From Marsupella aquatica (taxonomy: Eukaryota; Plantae; Marchantiophyta): a stretch of DNA of 61,769 nt. The position numbers and the translations under genes were made by a program. The stretch covers positions 27,029,383-27,091,151 of the forward strand of contig OZ316893.1 of assembly GCA_973895155.1 (NCBI GenBank), in the 5' to 3' direction. Shown here one piece after another: positions 51,097 through 61,769 of this stretch (positions are counted from its first letter, which is position 1; every line of letters starts with the position of its first letter). Below the pieces are notes generated by a model. That model was given only the letters and a program-made list of their open reading frames with translations, had not been told where the DNA came from and made no database searches.

Positions 51097-51471
51097 TACA
51101 CTGTTCACCGTAATTAGTGCAAGTAACACTAATTCGAGAGCGCCCATTTTCAGGGTCTACTCGTGAATTAGTGTTAGTCACACTAATTTTGTGCTAACAC
51201 TATTTTCGCGCACATGAATTAGTGTTACTATGGTCTTAAAAGTGGCAAAATACAAAGAAAAAAACTATTTTAAAAAATCCACAACAATTAGTGTTACTTT
51301 GGACTAGAGATCATCCGTTTTTTACAAGCAATTTAAACTAAATTGAAAAAAATTAATTTTGAAAACCGACAAAAATTAGTGTTACTTGGACTCAAAATCA
51401 TTTTTACCAAGTAACACTAATTTTGCACTAACATTAATTTTTGCATAACACTAATTAAGGTGAACAGTGTA
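51097..51471. mobile_element. Non-autonomous DNA transposon with CACTG termini flanked by TA
   Basis: TA-CACTGTTCACCGTAATTAGTG ... CACTAATTAAGGTGAACAGTG-TA (21-bp TIR, 1 mismatch), with many internal aattagtgttac/gtaacactaatt subterminal repeats. Confidence 0.85.
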
Positions 51472-51901
51472 GATGGACCCTCATTACCCCATGAGTGATC
51501 CGTACCCCCTAGACCTTAAATCAATGCACTCAAAATGTCATGTCATCTCATAAGGTCCATTCTGTAACACTGTGACACTTTTGACTTGAGGGGTCCATAA
51601 AATATATCACTCCATACGTTCAGGGTCAGGTTCATTATAATTTATTTATTTTAAACATTAACTTTCACACGAACCTATGGCCCTATGGGAAGCATGCATG
51701 CCATGGAATCGAGACCGAAGTCATGTACGTATGCATGCATGCCACTGATGGGCCATGTCATACATTTGATGTCAGTCATATTTGTATCATTGTATGCATG
51801 CATGACACAAACAGCTATGCAATTGTTGCCACCGTCATGCACTCATGCATGCATGCATCGCAGGTGACAATTGGGGGTCGAGCTTAAAAATTGCAATGAT
51901 T

Positions 51902-52089
51902 GTTTAGCCGCAAATTGTAACTCTTGCAAAAGTATAGCCTAATGTTTTTTTTTTGTTTTTTGGCAATGAAGATATACTATATACTAGCCCTATGCGTTTA
52001 GCCGCAAATTGTAACTCTTGCAAAAGTATAGCCTAATGTTTTTTTTTTGTTTTTTGGCAATGAAGATATACTATATACTAGCCCTATGC
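51902..52089. repeat. ~94-bp near-perfect tandem duplication
   Basis: gtttagccgcaaattgtaactcttgcaaaag...tatactagccctatgc occurs twice. Confidence 0.9.
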
Positions 52090-52526
52090 ACTCTGCAAAG
52101 AGGGCAGGTCCATAGGGAATAGGCCGGGCAGGTCCATAGGGAATAGCTAGAGCAGCAGGAAGCAGATATGTCCCAAGGGTGCACATTTATTCATCAATGG
52201 TCAGCGAAAACAATTAATAGAATCCAACGGCTGTGAATCTTTCTTAGCTAGGAACTTTTTTTGATTGGAATGAAAGCCAAAAAAAAAAACAGTATCTCTT
52301 ACTATAATTGTAGATATGTAACATGGGCAAGTTTTTCTTTGACATTTTTGTTTTCTGGCAGAGTAATGTATATTTTTAATTGGGAGTGCATGCTACAGTA
52401 ATTCTGCGGCTTGTTCGTGAACAATTTCCCCTTGCAAAAGAAGGGTACTTTTCCCCTGAAAAATTGAAAAATAATACCCCCAAATGGAATATATTGATTT
52501 GGAACTAAGGCAAAGACAATTCCTAA

Positions 52527-53731
52527 TTTGTTTTAGATTAAAGGAATATACACATACTTTTTACAGAAAAAGGCCAAATAGAGTACAAAAGAATAAACAA
52601 GAGAGGTCCCAAGTGGACAAAACCAAACGCAAAAGAAGTGAGCAAAAGGAAACCCTAAAAACCAAGAAAGAGGAACTAAAAGAAGTGAGCAAAAGGAAAC
52701 CCTAAAAACCAAGAAAGAGGAACTAAAAGAAGTGAGCAAAAGGAAACCCCTAAAAACCAAGAAAGAGGAACTAAAACTACCGCAAATGGACCGAGGTCCT
52801 CATCATACCTAGCAAATGTGGCAACAAGCTAGTGGTCTACATCAAGTGTCGACACTAGATCGGCAAGTGGGACAGGAATGTCCTCTAGGGGGGCTAGCCG
52901 CTGCGGAGTCACACTAGCACCCACTGTCAGAGATCGACGATAGACGGCCCGAGCTTGAGCACGCTGTAAGGTGACTGAAATGCGTTGGCGAAAGTGCGTG
53001 GTCAAAACAGATAGCGGGGGCCCGGTGGGACCCATCCGGCCGTGAACATCCCGAGCAGCTTGGCGAAGAAGCCCGTCGAACTGATGATGGAGACGCCCAA
53101 ATATCTCAAGAGCAAGGGGCAGGAAGCTATCAGATGAAGCTCGTGCAGCATATTTGGCCTCCTTCGTTGTTGCTGCTCGTGATGCTGTTGCCCCTGCCAT
53201 TGTTGCCGCTGTCCCAATGATGTCTTGGCGCAATGGGTTTGCCACCACTACATCTGCCAAAGTATGGTGACCGTCACGGACCATGGTAAGATCCACCCGT
53301 AACCGTTGTGATGGAGGACCAGGTAACTCGAGCACCACCTCCCGCCGCGCGCAGACCAAAGAGCCAGAGAGAACCTGAGCAGTCGCATCTCTCACAGCGT
53401 CGTGAACAAAAATGGTTTCGCCGCCCAAACTGCATCGAAGAAGATGGACACCTGTGGCATCACAAGGCTTCCCACAAGTGCAAGTAGGAGGTAAACCAGC
53501 AAGAAGTGGGTGGGGCAAGCCCATACGAAGACGCATGGCTGTCGCAAACTCCGCTAAAGACATCCGCAGGTGAGGAATGACTGGATTGGCCTGAAGCCAG
53601 CCTCTTGCGCCCTTCCCTCCGGAAGAAAGAATCCGAGCTCGGTCCGTGTCAGGTGCCTCAGTGAGGATGCTGGAAAGGGTGAAAGCGTGCATACGCCCAG
53701 CAAGGTCTGCCTGAAGACGGACGGGGTCCAA
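52527..53731 (-). mobile_element. 5'-truncated CRE-clade non-LTR retrotransposon (zinc finger + restriction-like endonuclease)
   Basis: Open 300-aa frame 53731-52829: GARGWLQANP..EFATAMRLRMG, CTCGKPCDATGVHLLRC (CCHC), HDAVRD, RVD..LADVVVANP..AATTKEAKY, FLPLALEIFG, QRISVTLQRAQA. T-rich 3' UTR ending in an A-rich tail near 52527. No RT domain remains. Confidence 0.85.
52631..52776. repeat. 47-bp tandem repeat (3 copies) in the CRE 3' UTR
   Basis: aaaagaagtgagcaaaaggaaaccctaaaaaccaagaaagaggaact occurs three times. Confidence 0.92.
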
Positions 53732-53749
53732 GGAAAGGGTTTTTCCATG

Positions 53750-53950
53750 CTTGAAACTGAGGTATTTGCTTGATCAACCCCCAAATGAAACTAGTTACTT
53801 GATAGACCCCCTGAGATCTATTGACGGTCCAGATCTGAGATCGAAAGGTCTATCAACAGTCCAGATATGGGAAAAGTATCGAGGGGGTTAATTAAGCAAA
53901 CTTTTTCCAGAAAGGGGTTTACTAAGCATATCTATCCTTGAAACTCAAAG
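53750..53950. mobile_element. Small inverted-repeat MITE next to the CRE truncation point
   Basis: gcttgatcaaccccc..ttacttgatagaccccct pairs with agggggttaattaagcaa..ggggtttactaagc. Confidence 0.5.
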
Positions 53951-55090
53951 CCAGTTTGATGGGTTTGGGATTGGGGCAACTCTCGTTTGGAAATTCCATG
54001 GACAAGAATTTTCAAATGATTGCTGTTCTGGAAATTCAACACCTGTAATTCAAATCCAATGTTTTAAATTCCCACCTTTTATTAAGTTGAAGGCTTTCTC
54101 CTTCATTTCTGAAAAAACCCTATGTCCAATTTTTTTAAGGAAGGTTCCATGCTGGCCTAGATCTGTGTTTTCAAGCTTAGTCTCCCTGTTTGAAAAAGAA
54201 ATAGTGCAATTCCAGCATTGATAGTCAAAATCAATACCCTTGCTGGATTTCCCAAATAGCGCACTATGGAAGAGGTTTTGCCACTTAAGGACGGCAAGGA
54301 AGAGAGTTTTGTAGAATTTCTAACCACGGTGTGCCTTAATATAATAACTTATTATTTACAATCTCCACATGCACGTGCCAACCTGATCATTCCCTTTCGT
54401 ATAAATTATGGTTCTTTTCCCACTGTAGCATTCAATCCTGAAGATATGGGAGGGTCAAATATGTCCTCGTTGCATTTTAAAGTCCACACTTGGGTCAACA
54501 AATATCTGCTTTTCTTCCACTTTTAAACCCTATAATAGACTGAGGAAGCTGGATACGCAACAAGCTTGCCCAAAGATTGCCATTGTCATAATGCATGAAT
54601 TGCTTGAGAGGAAGGCGACTCAAAGGGGGGTGAGGGCCCCAATTCAGTTGATTTATTAGACCCAAAGATGAAAAAGTATGGAAATGCCAGCTAAGGAGGA
54701 GATAAAAAGCCATCTAAGTCAAAGTCCACACCCAAAAGGTGGCTTGCTGTCTGAGTGTTGAGGGTGGTGGTGGTGGTGGGGTTGGGGTGCATGTGGGGCT
54801 GGGGGTCCGGATGGCGGCACTGGGAGGGGCTGGCAGAGGGAGGTACTACGTAGCACCCAGAAAAAGTCATAGAAAAAGGTGCTAGAGGGTTGCCAGATAT
54901 AAAAAACATGAACAAATGGGCATTCATACCGTTAACACTGACACCAATCAAATGGCAAATTTGTTTGTGCCTTTGGTGGTCTGGCAATGGTCACTTCTGC
55001 AAAAGTAAATAGATGAACAAATAAAGACACTTATTCAAATTAGTTCCAAAACTTGCGGAAGGGACCGGTGGTTGGTACCCATCTATAAGT

Positions 55091-55277
55091 GGGCTTACTG
55101 GTCTGCTTAGGTGGCCATTGTGACTTGTGATCAGTAGGTCTCAAGTCAATCCCTGGATAAACAGTTCTTCGAGGTTAATTTTCCCAGCATATGACATGGG
55201 TTTTGCCTTAAACCCGGCATATTTGATGTGTTATGCACCACAGGACTGGTAGGTATTATATTAAAAAACACAAAAAT
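55091..55277 (+). mobile_element. Degenerate tRNA-derived SINE candidate
   Basis: A-box-like tggtctgcttaggtgg, anticodon-like cttgtgatc, B-box-like aagtcaatccctgg, then ~110 nt and an A-rich tail (ttaaaaaacacaaaaa). Confidence 0.4.
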
Positions 55278-55918
55278 ATAATCCAGGGGTGTCCCGCCTG
55301 CATGTAATTCTTGGAGTTGTAGGTTTTACAAAATTTTAAACCTTGCAAGCCAGTTTTGCGGCTTGCTCAACGGCAGTTTCCCCTTTTTCAAGAACTGGTT
55401 GGAGCACCTGTTGCAGCACTTGTGCTCAATTGAGCACTACAAATTATTTTGTCCTCTAACTTTGCCAATGGTCTGAAAGTTGGTAGCATATTCCAAATAG
55501 TTTTTGGTGGGGATCTTGTCGGGATGTTTCCTATCTGGAATGCAACTTTTACTAGCCACAAGTAAAAACAATAAAGCAAAATACAGCTCTTAGGCGGTTC
55601 CTCTTTGAATAAACAATAATAAATAAAGCCAATAGGCAGGTCATCTACTTGCAAGACAACGGCCATGGGCCCAACCCAATTGCTCGGATGTTTCTAGCAT
55701 TAGCCACTTTATGATTGGGTAGAAAAGACCAAGTTAATTAAACTGGTAACTCATTTGTGGGGAGACTAATTTCAAATATTGTGACTCACTCTTCCCTTTC
55801 AGTGAGGTTTCACAGATTTTCCCCTAATTTTTTTTATAAATAATGTAAAAGTGAAATTTCTAGATTAGCACTCTTTTGTGCCATAATACATACATTGTTA
55901 TATGTTTATTTTCTATTT

Positions 55919-56059
55919 TGTTAAGAGTTGGGATACCAATGCTTGGAATAATGTGTCCACTCTTCATTAAGGTGTGGCTTTATATAGCCATGAGGTTACA
56001 TGGTCTAAGGTTAAAGGTAACCTTAGCTTAGGGTTATATGTAAACTATGGTTTACAACA
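55919..56059 (-). repeat. Putative 3' LTR of Bianca element 2
   Basis: Starts TGTTGTAAACC directly after the PPT, contains ctatataaag and ends ...cttaaca at 55919 (alternative end 55896). The partner LTR is not in the window. Confidence 0.65.
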
Positions 56060-56694
56060 CTCCCCCTTGGTTAGTTTATGGGGGTGTAAAGTAACCATGT
56101 GTTTAACCCTAAGGAATTAAATTGGTATTCCCTTTGATGTAGCCTCATTAAAACCTTGCTGCTTTCTTCTCAAGGAAAGAGTTCTACCATCATTACATGT
56201 GGGGATCCAATCTGTATCCATTTATTTTATGTTTCCTATAGTTTATGGGGGGTAATTATTTGCCATTACATGTGTAAGATGCAATTACCTATCCATTATA
56301 TGGAATTACTCGTGTAAGATGAACCTGCCTCTATGTAAAATTGTAACCTAAACTAAAACTCGCTCACAAACGGTTCGTTAGTTCGTAGTTTGTCGACGAA
56401 AATAGAGACGGTGTGTATCGATCGGATTTCCGTGTCGCTTTTTGTTGGTGTGTGCGATGTGTTGTTGTTGCAGCTCTGTGTGCTTGGAGTCTCTGGCGAT
56501 GCTTCTCTAGTGTGCTGCGCCATGGCTTTTTGTTTCGCATCCTGGTTGGTGTTGTTTCGGAGCCGACTGAATTCGTGGTGGTAGCGTTCAGATGTGAGCT
56601 GCTGGAACTTGGGAAGCTGAGTTTTAGGTAAACGCGCTCGTTATTTGTGTGCGGGGGTTGCGACACTATGGGCGGCAACTTGTTCCAGGTTCTG

Positions 56695-59600
56695 TCATTT
56701 GTTTCGTTTCTTGCGTTCGTCCTTGGTCGTCGTTGAGGTATTTCCTTGTCTTTCTTGGAGTAATGTTGAAAGCTTTATCATTCCTATACCTGCTACATGT
56801 TCACGGTGGGTAGCGGGTGGTAAAGGTTTCGTAAATATATCTGCTCTGTTATCCTGTGAGCGAATCCATTCTACTTGTATGTTCTTGCCTTGTTGTTCTT
56901 GGGTAAAGAAGAACTTGGGGTCTATATGCTTCGTTCTTTCTGTTTTCATGATGCCGTTAACAATTTGATCGATGCAGGCTTTGTTATCCTCATAGATGAC
57001 AGTGGGCGTAGTGATCGGTGGTTGTCCAGTGCTGGTTCTGATGTGGTTAATCATGCTTCGGAGCCAGATTGCTTCTCTGCATGTCTCATATAATGCGATG
57101 ACTTCCGAGTGGTTGGATGAGGTTGTGGTCATAGATTGCTTAGTGTTACGCCAGGATATCGCAGTTGTGCCTTGCAGGAAGACGTAGCCGGTTTGAGATT
57201 TTGAATCTTGTGGGTCTGATAGATATCCTGCATCAGTGTATCCGGTGAGGGTATCAGTGGTGTCTTTTGGGAAGAAAAGGCCGAGGTCAGTTGTACCTTG
57301 GAGATATCTGAATATCCGTTTGAGGTCGTTCCAATGGCGGATTGTTGGTTGAGCACTGTGTCTGGCGAGGAGGTTAACTGAAAATGAGATGTCTGGTCTG
57401 GTATGGTTTGCAAGGTACATCAATGCCCCCACTGCAGATAGATAAGGCTTCTCTGAGCCTAATATGGGTTCGTTTTCCTGTCTGCGCCTGAACATATCCT
57501 TTTCAGAGTCAAGAGACCTTAGCTCCATTGGTGTCGATACCGGGTAGGATAGTTGCATATTGAATTGTTTGATGATTTTCTCTGTATATGTTGATTGGCA
57601 GATGAAAGTGCCGTTGTGGAGGTGCTCGAATTGTAGGCCTAAGCAGTATGTGGGTTCACCGAGGTCTTTCATCTCGAATACTCCTTGCAGTGTTTTGACA
57701 GTTTCTTTGGTTATAGTAGGTGTCCCGAATAGGTTCACATCATCTACATATAATGCTAGGATTATAAATTCCTGCTGTTCCCGTTTGATGAAGATACAGG
57801 GAGCTATATCTGTATTGGTGAATCCGAGTTTAATCATCTCCGTTTGGAACGTTTTATACCATATCCTTCCGCTCTGCTATAATCCGTTTATAGAGCGTAA
57901 CACTCTGACTGCTAGGGTTGGTTGGCCCTGTCCTGTATTTCCAGTTTGTTTCTTCTGCATATATGTTGTATTGCCACTTTGCATGAGAAGATTTTTAACC
58001 TGTGTATCAGGTACTATCTGTCGTATGCCCGACATGATTTCTGGATTCAGGTTCTGGGACGTCTCCCCCTGAGTATGTTCTCTCACTCTCTGGATCAATG
58101 CCTGAGGTGCTTTCATGTATATTTCAGTGTCTAAGGTGCCATACAGGTACGCAGTTACCACGTCCATTAGGATATTAAGAAGTTGATATTGTATGGAAAA
58201 TGATATGAGGTATCTATATGTTATGGCGTCCATCACGGGTGAGTATGTAAGATCATAGTCCCTGCCTGGGACTTGTGTATACCCTTTTGCCACTAACCGT
58301 GCTCTGTATCGTATGACTTCTCCTTTAGCATTCCGTTTTCTGATGAATGTAAAGCGGGAGTCAGTGTAATTGTTACCTGGGGAAGCCTGTATGAGTGGTC
58401 CGAAGACTTGTCGCTTGATGAGGGCGTCCATCTCAATGTTGATGGCTTCTTGCCACTTCGGCCAATCTGCTCGCTTTTGGGCTTCCTTCAGGGTAAGTGG
58501 ATCTGGTGTATCACCGGTTATTTCTTGTACTATGTGGTATACGAATTGTGTATTTATGTCTCTGGAATGTCTATTGTATATTTGTCCCGTATGGTTATAT
58601 TGAATGGATATCTCTTCATTGTCCATAATATGGGTATGGGTAAGGTCTGGGTGTACCGTACTTAGTGTGGTGACAAGTTTCGTTGAGGTGGGTTTTCGTT
58701 GCCGTGGATGTACGTCTTTTGCGCCTGGTGGTCTACCCCTTTTTGTTCTTGGGGCTGTCTCTGTGGCGAGATCCTTGGATATCTGCACGTGTGCAGGTAT
58801 GTTTGCTGCTTCAATATGTGACCTTGTCACGTTTGCAGCATCATTAAATGCGTCTGGGATTTTTGTTAACATCTCATTGAGGTGAATGAGTCGCCTCACT
58901 TCTTCATCTGCTCTCTTGCTTCTCGGGTCTTGGTTGATGAGGGTCTGGTTTTGCCAGTTTAAGTTCTGGCGGTTTTGGTTATATAGAGTTGATCCGTTTG
59001 ATAATGCAGGGAATTGGTCTTCATAAAAGTGGCAGTCTTGATATCGAGCTTTGAATAGATCGGATGTCGTGGGTTCCAGATATCGAATAATGGATGTAGA
59101 ATCGAATCCTACATATATGCCTGGATGTCTTTGGGGTCCTATTTTGGTCTTTTTAGGCCCTAAGGTCGGTACCATGACCTTGCACCCAAATATGCGTAGG
59201 TGTGATAATTCGGGGGGCGTTCCGAATGCTAGGTGATAAGGTGTCTTCGAATTATATGCTGAAGGTCTGTATTTCAGTAGTGTTGATGCGTGGAGGATGG
59301 CGTGGCCCCATGCTGATAATGGTAAATTTGAGTGCATTAACAGTGGTCTAGCAATCATTTGGAGTCTTTTAATAACGGATTCTGCTATTCCGTTTTGAAA
59401 GTGTACGTGGGGTATAGAGTACTGAGTATCAATACCTGCTGTCCAGCAGAAGTCGTCGAAGGCTTTGGATGTAAATTCTCCTGCTCCGTCAACTCGTAAT
59501 ATGCATGTGGGGTGCTCAGGGAACTGAGCTTTTAATTTTAAGATATGCGCAAGTATTCTTGCGAATACCATATTACGGGTGGAGAGTAAGGAAATTTGTA

Positions 59601-61334
59601 GCCATTTTGTGGAGGAGTCGATGAGTACTAGGAAATATTTGAATGGCCCGCTTGGAGGGTCGATGGGGCCGCATACATCTGCATTGAGCTGCTCCAAAAA
59701 GTTGGGGATCCTGTAGACTGTTTTTGGTATCGATGGGCGTGTTATCATCTTGCCCTGTGAGCAGGCCATGCACTGTGGGGCCATGGCGTTTGGTTTGGCC
59801 GTCTGTGGGATTCCTTTGGAGTCCCTAATTATTCTGGTGTACATATTAATGCCTGGGTGGTCGAGTCTGCAATGCCAGGTATATGTGATATCCGATGTAT
59901 CCTTTTCAATGTGGTATGATTGTATGTTAGCTGCATATAGTCCAGGTGGGATTAGTGGTAAGTTCTCCATAATATGTGGTAATCCTTCCTTGTTCTGTAT
60001 TAGTTGTAGGATTTCAGTTTCGCCTTGTTTTGCTGTTCTTAGTTCATAGTTATTCGCGCGGATATCCTGAAAGCTGATGAGGTTTCTGGTAGCTGTAGGG
60101 GCGTATATAGCTGCTGCTATCGTAATTTTGGTCCCGCCTGGGAATATAATATGCGCTTTTCCTTTGCCTTCTTCTATTTGGTTGGGGCCTGCGATAGTTG
60201 TCATCGGTCTAGATGATGGGGTGATAAAGTCAAAATATTTGCTTTGTGTCAGTATTGTATGTGACGTTCCGCTATCAATAATGCATATATTGGGGTTAGT
60301 TAATGGTGATGTATACAGGTGTGAGATAGTAGTATGTGTTTCAATTGGAGCGTCTGCAGGATCTTGGTATGTCGCTATATTTTCTTCGATTTCCATATAG
60401 TTGCCTTGTGGGTTTTGTCTCGTTAATATGCGTTCATTTGTATAGCGTTGTGCCACTTGGTCAGATGCTCTGCATATCTTCCTGATGTGGCCGATCTTAC
60501 CACATCTGTAGCATAGTTTCTGATTATCGTTTGTTGGGTGATTTTGTGGGTTTCGCCATGTGCCCCTGCTTCTGTTGGTGCCACGGTTCCAGGTAGTTCT
60601 TTGTGTGGGGAGCGGGTTTCTGCCCTGGTAGGGGTATCTCCCTTGTCCCCTGAATTTTCCTCTGCCTCCCCTGAATGGTTTTCTTCCTCTTGTGTTGTCT
60701 CGTCGCCCGTCTTGGTAATTTCCATAGTGTGATTTGGGTCGATTGGGTGGTGGTTCTGATCCTGCTGGTCTTTTTCTTGCGTTATGTAGGGCTACAATTT
60801 GTTGTTTCTCTTCGACTAATAAATGTGCAATGAGGTCGAAGTAGGTCGTAAAATTCATATTTCGGTATTGGGTTCCCAGGGCTATATTAGCTTCTGGAAT
60901 GTTGACAGTGTTTTATCAATGCGGTCGTTATCGTTTACTGGGTGGCCGCACATTTCTAGTTGAGATGTGATTCGGAATAAGGCGCTGTTATAATTTGCAA
61001 TTGTTGTGTGGTCCATGACTCGCAGGTTGTGCCAGTCCCTGCGTGCTTCTGGGAGCCATATTTCGTGCATGTGGTCGAATCTGGATTTGAGTTGATCCCA
61101 TAGCTTGCGGGGATTTACCTCATTCATATATTCGTTCTTCAATTGTGGTGATAGGTGTTGCCTCAATAGAAACGCGGCTTTAGCTTTTTGTTTGAGGGTT
61201 AGATTTGCATCTGTATATAGTGTATCTTCGAGTTCTTGAAATGCAAAATATGTTTCGACATCTGTGATCCATGTAAGGTAGTTCGATCCGTCTACCTTTA
61301 ATGCAGGGAAGTGTAATTTCTCTATGGTATTCAT
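56695..61334 (-). pseudogene. Nearly intact gag-pol of Bianca element 2
   Basis: MNTIEKLHFPALKVDGSNYLTW, CYRCGKIGHIRKIC, IIDSGTSH, NADVCGP..RVDGAGE..NGIAE, LYVDDVNL, RADIFTK. Only a 1-nt frameshift (~60895) and one stop (57877-57879, GL*QSG) interrupt it. Confidence 0.93.
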
Positions 61335-61769
61335 TCTTAATACAATTTGGGATTGTAATGTTTAGTTACAATTGAATATGGAGGTTGCAGGGATTTGGTA
61401 TTGGTATACCAATTATGGTTGTCGTGTGTCTATCCTTGGTCTTCGGTATGATGAATCTTTGATGGCGCGTCTCGTATTAAATTGCGCTCAATTGGATGTG
61501 TAGCGATTTCTAGTTGATGGGGAAAAATTTGGGCTAAACAAGCGATATGGAGTAATTCTAATTGGTGAGGTGTTCTATATGTTCTCAGTGCCTGTACATT
61601 GCCCAAATAGCGATGTGCTAGCGCTGAGAGGGGAAAAAAAGGTGGGGGTCGGTTTGGGCGGTTATTGGGAGGAGGGAGAAAAAAAAGTGCCTTTTAAGAG
61701 TATTTTACTCGTGAAAACATCGAGGTGATCGAATTACCAAAAGACTGATTTCAGCAAAAAAATGACTAG

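Larger units (their letters stand above)
55919..61769 (-). mobile_element. Second Ty1/copia Bianca-lineage element (5' LTR beyond the window end)
   Basis: Minus-strand gag-PR-IN-RT-RH homologous to element 1, with PPT ccaagggggag (56060-56070) directly before the 3' LTR. Confidence 0.93.

Overview
Eukaryotic nuclear DNA from a land plant, probably a non-seed plant (inferred from short GT-AG introns, long spliced 5' leaders and the transposon complement). There are three host genes. (1) A 6-exon TenA-HAD fusion gene homologous to the thiamin-monophosphate phosphatase TH2 (7195-10227, +); its HAD motifs are intact but the TenA catalytic residues are altered. (2) A C-terminal-motor kinesin-14 of the ATK1/KIN14C type with at least 16 exons (17466-22783+, -). 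(3) An intronless TANGO2/NRDE-family gene (44424-45326, +). The rest is mostly mobile DNA. It includes one full-length Bianca-lineage Ty1/copia element (34236-41252; 108-bp LTRs, AACAT TSD, half-tRNA-Ile PBS), a second Bianca element on the minus strand running off the right edge, a 5'-truncated CRE-clade non-LTR element, decayed L1-type LINEs, MULE-like and CACTG-ended MITEs, a probable SINE, a decayed PLS-PPR-like remnant and many short tandem duplications. I found no rRNA, intact tRNA or CRISPR array. All calls come from manual reading and recalled family motifs; no searches were run.
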